A stretch of 63,559 nucleotides of DNA, filler included, from Octopus bimaculoides (Eukaryota), in the NCBI RefSeq assembly GCF_001194135.2. It is 5 parts of 4 records of this genome, joined end to end, with 100 filler letters (N's around TTAATTAATTAA, not from the genome) between each part and the next. Parts side by side here need not be neighbours in the genome. Positions count along the whole stretch, not along the records: positions 50,697 to 61,628 come from NC_068988.1; positions 61,729 to 63,559 come from NW_026414497.1; 3 more parts are not named here. One strand, given 5' to 3'. Below are positions 51,224 to 63,559 of the stretch, piece after piece (the stretch's first letter is position 1; each line of letters opens with the position of its first letter). Both the position numbers and the translations under genes were made by a program. Under the pieces are notes generated by a model. The model saw only the letters and a program-made list of their open reading frames with translations. It was not told the origin of the DNA and did no database searches.

Positions 51224-52309
51224 TACATTGGTTTGTACATATAAATTTATGTAAATTCAGACAATAATTAATTTATGAAACAATCTGATTCCAATCATTC
51301 CGTTAGAGGATCTTTTCTGTTTAGCTGCCACTTTTCAATTTCTTCAATTTTGTTCCAATTTATTTCATATTTGGCATTTAGGTGAAGTTTTGTAAAGTAA
51401 TGATTGACACGAAATTCATTTTCTCCATAAATCAATAAATAAAGAGTTAATTTTGAGTAATTTTAGCCAATCAAACGCCACAGATATATAGGTGCATATT
51501 TCCATAGTAACAAGCTAAAGTGGTACCAAGCTGCTACCACGTGTCCTTTTTGTCGCTTAAAACACATGCGGTAGAAGATGTGCTGAAAATAACAAACTAA
51601 ATAGACTTAAATCACGTACGAAAACCTTTTTCTTATTTTTGCATAATCGTATGAACTCCCGTGTGTAGAATACAAATTCGAAAAAAAATTCTGAAAATTC
51701 CTAAAAATAAAAAAGTTATGACGGGTTATATGACGTGCGTAAAGCAGAATTCCCCCAGTATTTCATTTGTTTACAGTTGACAAAATGACAACTCCCAGAT
51801 CCGAGGTAAAAATTATCAAACTTGAAACCTCTGTAACTATTTAAAAACATGTTTCTTAAAAAAAGTGTATTATCTCCTAAGATTCAGCGTGGAAAATTAC
51901 ATCAATACACCAAATTTANNNNNNNNNNNNNNNNNNNNNNNNNNNNNNNNNNNNNNNNNNNNNNNNNNNNNNNNNNNNNNNNNNNNNNNNNNNNNNNNNN
52001 NNNNNNNNNNNNNNNNNNNNNNNNNNNNNNNNNNNNNNNNNNNNNNNNNNNNNNNNNNNNNNNNNNNNNNNNNNNNNNNNNNNNNNNNNNNNNNNNNNNN
52101 NNNNNNNNNNNNNNNNNNNNNNNNNNNNNNNNNNNNNNNNNNNNNNNNNNNNNNNNNNNNNNNNNNNNNNNNNNNNNNNNNNNNNNNNNNNNNNNNNNNN
52201 NNNNNNNNNNNNNNNNNNNNNNNNNNNNNNNNNNNNNNNNNNNNNNNNNNNNNNNNNNNNNNNTACACATATATATCTATATCTATATCTATCTATCTAT
52301 CTATCTATA

Positions 52310-52352
<43 letters not shown>

Positions 52353-52492
52353 GCATGTGTGTGTGTGTGTGTGTGTGTGTGAGTATAGATAGTCGGTTAA
52401 ATACACAAAATGAGGCGTTTACCATCGATAGATTCTTCAAAACGTTCCAATTTTACCACGAAACTAAATGTAGGCTTCAAACCTCTCAACAC

Positions 52493-52750
52493 AAGTCTCA
52501 TTCACATAAAATTAATGTACATCTTACTCCGATTTAATTTGATTCAACTAAATTTAACTTTTATCACAAATCTAAACGTAGTACATTGATTCTATCAACA
52601 TAAGTCTCACCCACATAAAGTAGATGTACCTCTCACACCTATTTAATTTAACTTATATCACAAACCTATTATGTAATCCTTTGAATTTCCATAAAAGTCT
52701 CACCCACATAAAATAGATGCACCGCTTACGCCTGCTTAATTTAATTTAAT
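52493..52750. repeat. Three degenerate tandem units of about 93-109 bp
   Basis: aagtctca(c/t)(c/t)cacataaa...gatg(t/c)ac...ttaattt at 52493, 52602 and 52695. Confidence 0.8.
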
Positions 52751-53554
52751 TAATACCAATAGTGGACAATGTAGTAGGATTTGTGTACATTGTTTTAAGC
52801 AGAGCCAACGTACAAGACTATAAAGACATGCACTGGAGCATATGCATTTGTATGTATATGCGTGTGTATGTATGTGTATGTGTGTGTATGTGTTCATTGA
52901 GAGTAACTTAGAAGTTTCTTCATTTATTCAAATTGGTTAATGATCAACATACCTGGCAAAACTTCGAATTCACTGTCAATGAAAATATAAATATTAAATT
53001 CCACACTTATACTGAATTCATTGTTCTGTTAATATTAGTTGATTTTACTATAAAAACTTCACTTTTAAATATTTGTGTGTATGTATATGCACACACAAGC
53101 ACACACACATACACACACACACACATTCACTTACTCATGCACTCATATAAATGAATTTGTAACCCTTTCAGTTCAGTGAATTAAATTCTGTTACCAAATG
53201 TAAAAGAAGAAAATAATGTCGACTTACCCCATAAGGATATGTGAATGCCGTTCGGAACACAAAAAAAAACCACAGTAAACATAACCCGCCAAGTTTCGCC
53301 ATTGTGCTTGATGTTCATCGAGGTTACCTGTCAGTGGAAATAATTAATATGTAATAGCTAACACTGGAAATAGAAATCTTTTTAATCCATCGAGATGGTG
53401 TAAAGCCCTCCGTTATTTTTTATTATAACGAGAAAAGGCAGTGAGCTGGCAGAATCATTTACGTGTCGGACGAAATGCTTAGCGGCTCAAATCACGCCGA
53501 GGTTAAAATTTGCGTTTCATCTGTTCGAAGTCAATAAATACACACACACGAACG

Positions 53555-53595
<41 letters not shown>

Positions 53596-54430
53596 NNNNN
53601 NNNNNNNNNNNNNNNNNNNNNNNNNNNNNNNNNNNNNNNNNNNNNNNNNNNNNNNNNNNNNNNNNNNNNNNNNNNNNNNNNNNNNNNNNNNNNNNNNNNN
53701 NNNNNNNNNNNNNNNNNNNNNNNNNNNNNNNNNNNNNNNNNNNNNNNNNNNNNNNNNNNNNNNNNNNNNNNNNNNNNNNNNNNNNNNNNNNNNNNNNNNN
53801 NNNNNNNNNNNNNNNNNNNNNNNNNNNNNNNNNNNNNNNNNNNNNNNNNNNNNNNNNNNNNNNNNNNNNNNNNNNNNNNNNNNNNNNNNNNNNNNNNNNN
53901 NNNNNNNNNNNNNNNNNNNNNNNNNNNNNNNNNNNNNNNNNNNNNNNNNNNNNNNNNNNNNNNNNNNNNNNNNNNNNNNNNNNNNNNNNNNNNNNNNNNN
54001 NNNNNNNNNNNNNNNNNNNNNNNNNNNNNNNNNNNNNNNNNNNNNNNNNNNNNNNNNNNNNNNNNNNNNNNNNNNNNNNNNNNNNNNNNNNNNNNNNNNN
54101 NNNNNNNNNNNNNNNNNNNNNNNNNNNNNNNNNNNNNNNNNNNNNNNNNNNNNNNNNNNNNNNNNNNNNNNNNNNNNNNNNNNNNNNNNNNNNNNNNNNN
54201 NNNNNNNNNNNNNNNNNNNNNNNNNNNNNNNNNNNNNNNNNNNNNNNNNNNNNNNNNNNNNNNNNNNNNNNNNNNNNNNNNNNNNNNNNNNNNNNNNNNN
54301 NNNNNNNNNNNNNNNNNNNNNNNNNNNNNNNNNNNNNNNNNNNNNNNNNNNNNNNNNNNNNNNNNNNNNNNNNNNNNNNNNNNNNNNNNNNNNNNNNNNN
54401 NNNNNNNNNNNNNNNNNNNNNNNNNNNNNN

Positions 54431-54461
<31 letters not shown>

Positions 54462-54858
54462 AGCGCAGGAGTAGCTGTGTGGTAAATAGCTTGCTTACCA
54501 ACCACATGGTTCCAGGTACAGTCCCACTGCGTGGTACCTTAGGCAAGTGTCTTCTAATATAGCCTCGGACCGACCAAAGCCTTGTGAGTGGATTTGGTAG
54601 ACGGAAACAGAAAGAAGCCCATCGTGTATGTGTGTGTGTGTGTGTGTATTTTTGTGTGTCTGTGTTTGTACCCCCACTATCACTTGACAATCGATGTTGG
54701 TGTGTTTACGTCCTCGTAACTTAGCGGTTCAGCAAAAAAACCGATAGAATAAGTACTAGGCTTACAAAGAATAAGTCCTGGAATCTATATGTTCGACTAA
54801 AGGCGGTGCTCCAGCATGGCCACAGTCAAATGACTGAAACAAATAAACGAATAAAAGA
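54462..54858 (+). mobile_element. SINE family B (CORE-type), full length
   Basis: gcgcaggagtagctgtgtggtaa...ccttaggcaagtgtcttc...aaggcggtgctccagcatggccacagtcaaatgactgaaac. A decayed inverted copy follows at about 54880-55160. Confidence 0.9.
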
Positions 54859-55472
54859 ATATATATATATATGAAATCTTTTATTTGTTTTAGTCATTAG
54901 ACTGTGGCCATGCTGGGGCACCACCGTGAAGAATTTTAGTCGAAAGTATCGAACCAAATACTTTTTTTTTTTTTAATCTTTGGTACTTATTCTATCGGCC
55001 ATTTCTGTCGAAACGCTATGTTACGAGGACTGAAGCACACCAACACCAGTTGTTAAGTGGTGGTAGGGAACAAAAAATACGTAGACATGCACAAGGTATG
55101 CCATGCAGTAGGAAGCTTATGGCTGGGAAGCAAACTTCTTGCCACGCAGCCGCGTCTGCGCCTATTTGTGTGCGCGCATGAGTGTATAAAACACTCCCTG
55201 TTTATCTCTATCTTTTTATCTTCATCTATATGTAAATAAATGTTTATATGATAATCTGGTAAAGGTTGTATATTCTATTAAGTGGAATAGGAAAAATATG
55301 CAAAACTTTCTTGAAGCATGATTAGCAACACTTATTGTTGCTATTATCCAAATTGCAGCAGAACCTTTTTTCTTTTTGAGAAGCCAGTAACCTTATTCTA
55401 GAACGAATTCTAATTAAATAAAAAAAAAAAATGAAAAAGACACACACATACATACACACATGCATACGCTTA

Positions 55473-55531
<59 letters not shown>

Positions 55532-55750
55532 TCTCTACTTTCCTTTTTTTTTCTCTCGTTGTTTACGTATTTAACTCGTTTGTCTATATATTTCATGTTG
55601 TTTACACAGTTGGTGACATCCTGTACCCATATATGCGCATATATATATGTATACATATATATTATTTATTACTATTATTATTATTATTGTCATTATTGTT
55701 ATTATATTCACACACACACACATACACACATATTTATATATACATATGCA

Positions 55751-56885
55751 CAGAGCTGGGCGTAAGTCCGTTAATCCGTTAATCGTTATTTAACGACGTT
55801 GACATTTTCATTAATGATTTAACTTTTAAGTTAACTTCGAAAATGATTATCGGTCTAATTAACTTCCGTTACATTTAGCTTCCGTTAACCTCAAAATTTC
55901 ATAAAAACCGATAAACGTTTGAAAGTTTCTGTTATTATCACATTGTTTTAGTATATTTTGTACTGTACGCGTCAATTTTAGGTGTTTTTTTACACATAAC
56001 ACGGTGTCGCTCGGTTGTCACTTTAACATCATGATTCCATGAAATTTGTTTATGGGGAGAAAAATATTGAAAAATATCAATAGATGTGTGAGTGAGAAAG
56101 AAATTAGTTGAGAGGTTTGAGGATGTGCTAGAAACAACAGCCAGATTGCCCTTAAATCATACACTTTCCCCTGAAATTATTATGAATTCTTTTTTAAACC
56201 GAAAATATTTCTCTCACGGGTTTTAAGTGCGTAGTGAAAAAGAAAAATGGCCAAAATCGTTCGGAGGTGAGGGGTGGCGGGAGTGAAAAAAATAATTTTA
56301 AAAAATATTTTTCTTTTTTTTTCGTGAAAAGATGCCTCCCATCATTCTGAAGACTTTGGTGAAAAGCATTGGAAAAAATCCCCGTCAAAACGGAGAAATT
56401 CCAACTTTATGTAGGTTGTCTGATCCGAAACTCCGTTTTCCAGAAACTCATTCCCCCCGCTCCCTTACAAAAATGTTGCCCACAAATTTCTTTATAATCG
56501 TAATGTACACCGTTTGAAAGGTACTTGTATAAAATTTCGTTAAAAAATACTTATTTTCCAGAAAGTTATGAGGAAGAAAATGTCGGGTCCTGTGAATTTT
56601 CCAAAACTCCTTTCCCTAACCCCTCAAAAAAGGTTTTTCCAATAAATCTTTACATGCACTCAATTAACAGGATATAGGCGATCACTTGGTGAAAGCCTCG
56701 TTAAAAAGTATCCATTTCTCCGGAAGTCATGAGTCAACAAAGTCGGTGGGGTATTAAACTGTAGTTATGCCTTTTTCCATAACCGTTAACTTTAATGGAT
56801 TAACGTTAACTTTCGTTACATTTTCAAAGAATTAACGGATTAACGATTAACGAAGTTAACTTTTCGATTAACGTGCCCACCTCTG
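55751..56885. mobile_element. Non-autonomous hAT-like DNA transposon, about 1135 bp
   Basis: TIRs CAGAGCTGGGCGT... and (reverse complement) CAGAGGTGGGCAC...; arrays of GTTAAC/TTAACG subterminal motifs at both ends. The 8-bp flanks catatgca and tgtatata differ only by transitions. No transposase ORF. Confidence 0.7.
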
Positions 56886-57129
56886 TGTATATATACATAG
56901 ATAGAAAGACACGTATGCATGTATTTGTTATTATCTGCAGTCAGTCATCGCGACTATAACTGTTCATGGTTTTGACATGACATGATAAGCTGATCAGTTT
57001 TTCGCATGAGTTTCTCATTTATTATGATCAATTCCTTTCCTATTCCTATTCCTTTTTGCCATATCTTTGAATCTCAATGTCTTCCATGGTTTCTTTTCTC
57101 CTTGCATCATTAGAAGTAAAGTATTTATC

Positions 57130-58225
57130 TGGGGCGTCTGTTGTCTATCCAATGTACGTGATACAACCAATGTAAATCTCTATAAATGAGGATTTTTTGA
57201 TCTTGCCAAAGAGAGTGATATTCATAATTCGTCATAGTTGTCTCATCATATATGCATGTAACTTGTCTACTTGAGCTTTATAGATTGTCCAGGTTTCAGC
57301 TCCATACAGCAGGGACGAAAGCACTATAGCCTGGTATACCTTACATTTGACAGGTAAGAAACTTGCCAATTTTTTCACAGCCTTTCCTGCAGCCTGCCAA
57401 ATGATGCAGCCCTGCTCATTCTGTTTGTGATTTCCTGGCCCAGTCATGCATTATCTGAGATGGTGCTTCCTAGGTATTCGAATGCTTTGCACTGGGTCAA
57501 ACTTTTATATCTAATAGTGATGTTTTCCTCTGTTGCAGGGACAGGTAGGTTCGCCACAAGTTGGTAAAGATATTCGATCTTTATTTTGTTAATCTTTAAG
57601 CTGAACTGTCGTGCAACTCTGGCAAAATTATCTACCAGTTTCTGCATATCTTCAGCGCTGTGGGCAACCAGTGCACTATCATCGGCGTACTGCACTTCTC
57701 ACACTAGGGCCTTCGTAATGCGCATCTTGGCTTAATACCGTTCAGCGTTGAACAGATCAGCATCATTCTAACTCTTTCAAAGCAACTTCCAACACTGCTA
57801 CAAGATAGAGGGAGAACAGTGCTGGAGCAAGTATTCACCCTTGTTTAACTCCATTTGTCACCGCAAACTCTTTTGAGGCATTGATATCTTGTACTACAAA
57901 TGCCTGCATTTCTCCGTGGAGGGACCTGACCAAGTTGATGAACCTTTGAAAACGTCCATGTTTTTTAAGAACCACTCACAGTCCATCACAGAACACTGTA
58001 TCGGAAGCTTTTGTGAAGTCTACGAACATTGTTCTGCTCAATGCATTTTTCTTGAACTTGGCGAAGACACATTATGTTCACAGTGCTTCTACAGCAACGG
58101 AAGACATACTGAGTCTCAGGTAAGACATTTGGACAGATATTTAGTCTGTTTAACAGAATACAACCAAAGATTTTCCCAGCTCTACAGCCATTTTTGAAGA
58201 TAGCAACGATCCCTGCAACTTTCCA
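57130..58225 (-). mobile_element. RTE-clade LINE reverse transcriptase, decayed
   Basis: GVKQG*ILAPALFSLY; QYADDSALVAHSAEDMQKLVDNF; FEYLGSTIS; VYQAIVLSSLLYGAETWT; LPETQYVFR...STV. Confidence 0.9.
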
Positions 58226-58759
58226 GTTTTTCATATATGTGTTATGCGGATATATTTTAAATTACAAAAATAGTTATAATAGAAATACTTTTACAAATAC
58301 ATACATAACAAATACAAAATTTAATACCACACACAAACATGCATACACACACACCCCTCCTAACACAAACACACCTATAATTTTTTCCGTTATATGTAAA
58401 AGGCCTGAAATTATGTGAGGAGAGACTAGTCGATTTCATTGACCCCAGTGCTCAACTGGTGGAAGGCGAAGTCAGCTTCAGCGACATTTAAACTCAGAAC
58501 AAAAAGCTAGAGGAAATGCCGCTAATTATTTTGACCGGCACAGTAACGGTTCTATCGACTCTCCTCCTTACACTCATATCTTTTCTAACATATACACCAG
58601 CGTGACCTTTAATGAAATACAGGAATATATTGAAATAACTGGGCTGTTTTATACTTAAAGTGCATTGGGTGCTTTCTTCATTTGTGGTCTGCTGGTTTCA
58701 AGATCGATAAACATACATACATACATACATACATACATACATACAAGAAGTTAACTTTC

Positions 58760-59925
58760 TACTGACCATATCTTATAAACCTGTATCAGCAAGCTCTCAA
58801 AGGGAGCAGTAGCATACCACACTGGTTAGCTCTGGCAGAGACAGAACTGATCCCCAAATGCAGAACCACTCACGCGACAAAAAAACTATCGGACAGTTGC
58901 ATGCTAGAACTTAATGTATACAATATATACAGCATGCTTAAACCTCTTCCTTCAAGGCCATTGTGAAAGTAATAACATCAGCAGAACAAGCAGCTGGGAA
59001 GAAGGGAGTCTGGGGATGTGCTGAGCAATTGTTAATAAACAAAACTGTAATGTCAGAGGTGCAGGACCATAGGAGGAATCTCATTTCAAGGAGTGATTAT
59101 ATTATCACTGATAGAATATAGTATTGCAGAAGTATATTCCAAGGGGACAGCTTCTCTGTGATGTTGTTTATACTTTCTGTTAACCCCTTGTCATTCATGT
59201 TAAAGAAGTCTGAAGGATATCTCACTGGTTCGTAAGGAAACAGAAATACCAAAATTACATACTGTTTCTTTGTGGATGACTTGAAACTATATGCAAAGAA
59301 TATGCAGGAGATGAAAAAAAGACTTGACCTGCTTACAACATTCTCAAAAGATATAGAGGCGTAGTTTGGTCAGGATAAATGTTGCTATATGGTTGGGAAA
59401 AGAGGGAAAACTGTAAAACAGACTAACAACATCTCTATCAATGACTTAACTGTTTCTCCTGTATGTGACGAAGAATGTTTTAAGGTACCTTGAAAACATA
59501 TCTTATGATGGCGTTTGTAACAAGACACGTGTCAACATTAAAACCGAATAAAGAAAATATAAATCTGGGAACTCTCTGCATTCAATAAAACGGTAGCCCA
59601 CAATGTGCTTGCAGTGCCAGTACTCATACCAACATTTGAGCTACTTGATTGAACGCTTGATGAGATCCGAGCCATTGCTGTGAAAACCCGGAAGATACAA
59701 ATCAGCACACATAATTTCCACATCAACAGTGACGTAGACCGCCACTACCTAAAACGAAAATCAGAGACTTAACATCAATCTAGACTGTCTTTGAATGTCG
59801 TATCATATCCCTTCGGCAACATCTTTTAACCACCAAGTGTCAAAGTGCATCCCTTGACCAAGTTTGCATGCATGAGGCTGATAACATCATGAGACTTGGA
59901 AAGCAGCTCCTTGGAATATCCCCAA
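58760..59925 (+). mobile_element. R4/Dong-like LINE reverse transcriptase, decayed
   Basis: IPHWLALAETELIPK...KNYRTVAC; IFQGDSFSVMLFILSVNPLSFML; CFFVDDLKLYAKN; AFNKTVAHNVLAVPVLIPTFELLD. Confidence 0.85.
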
Positions 59926-59971
59926 GACCCCTGATGAATGCGGGAGGGTATATCAACCGAAATGTTGTGTT
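59926..59971 (+). ncRNA. Decayed hammerhead-like motif
   Basis: gaccc CTGATGA atgcgggagggtatatcaacc GAAA tgtt gtgtt. Core intact, stems only partly paired. Followed by a tail (59993-60024) whose reverse complement recurs at 40113-40146. Confidence 0.3.
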
Positions 59972-60524
59972 AGCAACAAACAAGATGAGGACAAATATCT
60001 GTCAAATGTAAATATGTAAATAATGTGTCTGCTTGTACATATGTCTGTGAGCGCGCGCGCATGTGTGTGTAGATATACACGCACATATTCATATATGTAT
60101 CTCTCTACTCCTCTCTGCTTCTCTTGAGCACGTAGTAGTGCTCAAATGATTTAAAGTTACACTCCGAAATCTTAATCGCGGACTAAGTCTACAGGGTAAA
60201 GATTGACTATGAGAAGAATCCATGTGAGCTGATATGGAGATAGAGATAATGATGCAAATAAACACGCTTGGGCTTTATATACAACATATACGTACATATA
60301 TTCAAATATATATAGAGAAAAACCAAAACTGAAAATATTCAGTTGAACATTCATGCATAAGCATATAGATATTTATATATTTACAGAACAAAGTTACATG
60401 GAGCACAAAAAATACAGAAAATTAAGGGATGAGGGCATGGTATTTCAGGTCCGACAGCTGTTTCATAAGAGGGGGGGGCTATGTATGTATGTATGTATGT
60501 ATGTATGTATGTATGTATGTATGT

Positions 60525-60829
60525 GAGAAGGCGCGTGGCCTAGTGGCTAGGGTATTCGGCTCACGATCGTAAAGTCAAGAGTTCGTTTCCTTGTGAATGA
60601 CACTTCATTTCTCGTTATTTTAGTCCATTCAGTTGGCAAAAAATGAGTTGTGTCAGTAATTCAAAAGGCCAACCTTGTCACACTCAGTGCTACGCTGCTG
60701 AATGTCACTAAGAACTACATTAAGGCTATGCGTCTCTGTGGAGTACCTAACCACTTGCACATTAATTTCACGAGGTTATTCGTTTGATCGAATCAACTAG
60801 AACACTCGTTGCCGTAACCGACGGAGAGC
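60525..60829 (+). mobile_element. SINE family C
   Basis: gaaggcgcgtggcctagtggctaggg tRNA-like head; 3' gatcgaatcaactagaacactcgttgccgtaaccgacggag. Confidence 0.8.
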
Positions 60830-60837
60830 TAGGCATT

Positions 60838-60870
<33 letters not shown>

Positions 60871-60999
60871 GGGTAGGTAGGTAGGCAGTTATGCATGTAT
60901 GTGTGTGTGTGTGTGTGTGTGTGTAGAAAGTTCTGAAAGAGCTAGTACCTAATTTTGGCATTGAATGTTATATAAATGCCCGAACCTGACGCCATTGTA

Positions 61000-61240
61000 T
61001 TGTACCAAAGGTACCGTCCACCTCATCTATCAGGACCAGGTACTGCAATAGCTTAGGGTTCAAAGGCCCATAGTTTTTCAACGCCCTGCCCAAAGAAATT
61101 AAGAATGTTACACAATGTGGACGTGGATGTCTTCAAAATGGAACTTGACATTCTCCCCTCCACAATACCGGATAAATCAACGTCCCGGCATGACGTACAG
61201 TTGAGAGCAGAAGTGTCAAACTCCCTTATACTTCAAATGG
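61000..61240 (+). mobile_element. 3' end of a CR1/L2-group LINE
   Basis: YCNSLGFKGP*FFNALPKEIKNV...FKMELDIL...IPDK...RAEVSNSLILQ, the typical NSL--GP-LFN-LP...FK--LD...RA-SNSL terminus. Confidence 0.6.
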
Positions 61241-61564
61241 GGAAAATGCATGCAGGAGTGGTGATTTGAAACCCCACCACCCTGGAGAAATCAGCCGAAG
61301 AAGAATGATATGTAAAAAATGACAGAGGTGCTCCACTATGACCGCAACCACATGGGTGAAGCCAATAAGAGAATAAAAGAATGTGTGTGCACGTGCGTTT
61401 ATATGTGTGTGTGTGTGTGTGAGTGTGTGTGTACTCGGACACACTAATACATACATACACACGTATATACGTATGTATGTATGTATGTTTGTATGTGTAT
61501 GAACACGTACATACATGCACACATTCATTCATACATACATATATACATTCATACATACATGCAT

Positions 61565-61595
<31 letters not shown>

Positions 61596-61596
61596 T

Positions 61597-61628
<32 letters not shown>

Positions 61629-61789
61629 NNNNNNNNNNNNNNNNNNNNNNNNNNNNNNNNNNNNNNNNNNNNTTAATTAATTAANNNNNNNNNNNNNNNN
61701 NNNNNNNNNNNNNNNNNNNNNNNNNNNNACATTGAAAGAGCACAATATCCATAAAAACTATAGAGACTTAGGAAATTGATTCTCTCAAA

Positions 61790-62145
61790 AGCCCTGGTGG
61801 CTCATTAGAAATAATAGGATCAAATTAGGCGTGGAGAAGGATGCACGGAGGGTGTGATAGCTAGAATATGAATAGGATGGAGGAAATTCAGAGAGCTGCT
61901 ATGTTTGTTAGCTATGAAAGGCTTTTCTCTTCAAGTGAAAGGAAGATTGTATGACACATGTACACAGACATTCTACATGCTAGTGAGATGCAGACCCTGA
62001 ATGCAGNNNNNNNNNNAGATGCAGACCCTGAATGCAGAAGACATACAAAGGTTAGAGAAGAATGAGACTGGAATGCTCTGTTGGATGTGTAATGAAAGCA
62101 TACATATTTGACAGAGTGCTAGTATATTGGGAGAGAAGTTAAGCA
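61790..62145 (+). mobile_element. RTE-clade LINE fragment
   Basis: EGVIARI*IGWRKFRELLCLLAMKGFSLQVKGRLYDTC...LNAEDIQRLEKNETGMLCWMCN. Confidence 0.75.
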
Positions 62146-63303
62146 NNNNNNNNNNNNNNNNNNNNNNNNNNNNNNNNNNNNNNNNNNNNNNNNNNNNNNN
62201 NNNNNNNNNNNNNNNNNNNNNNNNNNNNNNNNNNNNNNNNNNNNNNNNNNNNNNNNNNNNNNNNNNNNNNNNNNNNNNNNNNNNNNNNNNNNNNNNNNNN
62301 NNNNNNNNNNNNNNNNNNNNNNNNNNNNNNNNNNNNNNNNNNNNNNNNNNNNNNNNNNNNNNNNNNNNNNNNNNNNNNNNNNNNNNNNNNNNNNNNNNNN
62401 NNNNNNNNNNNNNNNNNNNNNNNNNNNNNNNNNNNNNNNNNNNNNNNNNNNNNNNNNNNNNNNNNNNNNNNNNNNNNNNNNNNNNNNNNNNNNNNNNNNN
62501 NNNNGATGGCTGCTGACACTCCATAAAGAAGTGCCAATACATCGAAATGGGACACCCAGGAAGATGACCTCAGGATGCTATACCTTTCGGGTAAGATGAC
62601 AAATGACTGAAATGCTTGGTACCTTGGTGTACTGAAGAAGACCCATGCTCCACAGTAGAATTGTTAATACTGATCTCTCTGGTGAAGAGAATTGGTCTGC
62701 AAGAGTCCTGTGCCAGTGCCATGTAAAAGCACCCAGGACACTCTGTGGTTGGCATTAGAAAGGACATCCAGCCATAGAAACCATGCCAAATTAGACTAGA
62801 GCCTGGTGCAGCTCTCCAGCTTTCCAGCTCTGGTCAANNNNNNNNNNNNNNNNNNNNNNNNNNNNNNNNNNNGTGAACTTAGTAGAGACTCAGTATCTGA
62901 ACTGAGAGCTGTAAGACAGATACAGGAATAAAAACTATGAAGACAAGGAAAGCCCCAGGTTAATCAAGAATTATCACAATCATCTTCATCATTATCACCA
63001 TTTAATGTCCATTCATCATGCTGGCATGGGTCAGATGTGCCTTTTACATGGCACTAGCACCAGTGAGATCACCAAGTAACTTGCAAGTCAAAAATCCTTC
63101 AACTGAGAGGGGGAGTAGGTTATGGCATAGTCACCTGTATGGTTAATCAGGTTGTCCACGAAAGTATCATGCCCAACAACTGCTACAATTGTAAAGGAAA
63201 GGGCTTAGACAGAAGTAATTAGAGGCATCATATTGCTGGAGCAGGTCATGAAAGTTAGAGAAAACTGTCATAGCTCAACTAATTAAGAAGAGANNNNNNN
63301 NNN

Positions 63304-63559
63304 AACCAAGATGAGATACAGTTCGTTTTTGTGCCAGGGCAACCACTACTGATGCTATCTTCTAAGTAAAGTAACTGCAGATGAAGTATTTAGTCAAATA
63401 TAAACCACTGTACTTNNNNNNNNNNAACTGCAGATGAAGTATTTAGTCAAATATAAACCACTGTACTTAGGATATGTTAACATGGAAAGAACGTTTGACA
63501 GGGTCCCTCGCTCATTCACTGGGTGGTCAGTATGGAAATCAGCAATGAATATAGCAATA
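63304..63559 (+). mobile_element. RTE-clade LINE RT N-terminal fragment
   Basis: Frameshifted Q-E-QF-FVPG-TTTDAIF...LQ-KYL...KPLYLGYVNMERTFDRVPRS. Confidence 0.65.

Overview
Eukaryotic, AT-rich (about 35% GC by eye), repeat-dominated animal DNA from a gappy short-read scaffold. The SINE families and the very high microsatellite load point to an octopus (inference, not checked). I can support one host gene: a cytosolic sulfotransferase (SULT1-like family) on the + strand, with four GT-AG coding exons (15381-15698, 25780-25877, 26632-26797, 27775-27887) encoding the last 231 aa. Its first coding exon (ATG and the 5'-phosphosulfate-binding YPKS motif) was not found and probably lies in an N gap or upstream of the window. 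The rest is more than 25 copies of tRNA-derived SINEs from at least 5 families, decayed LINE fragments (R4/Dong-like, RTE, CR1/L2-like, Tx1/L1-like), small TIR elements (Tc1/mariner and hAT MITEs, foldbacks), microsatellites and N gaps. Nearly all long ORFs in the supplied track are microsatellite or N artefacts. I found no convincing novel multi-gene system. The best leads are (i) a near-complete minimal type I hammerhead-ribozyme motif (33922-33967, - strand) inside a 258-bp element bounded by inverted repeats, plus four other hammerhead-like motifs, two of which share a non-canonical core; and (ii) repeated insertion of R4/Dong-like LINE ends and SINEs into (TAA/TTA)n tracts in opposite orientations. 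Exon, MITE and hammerhead coordinates were counted from the sequence; other repeat boundaries are approximate.
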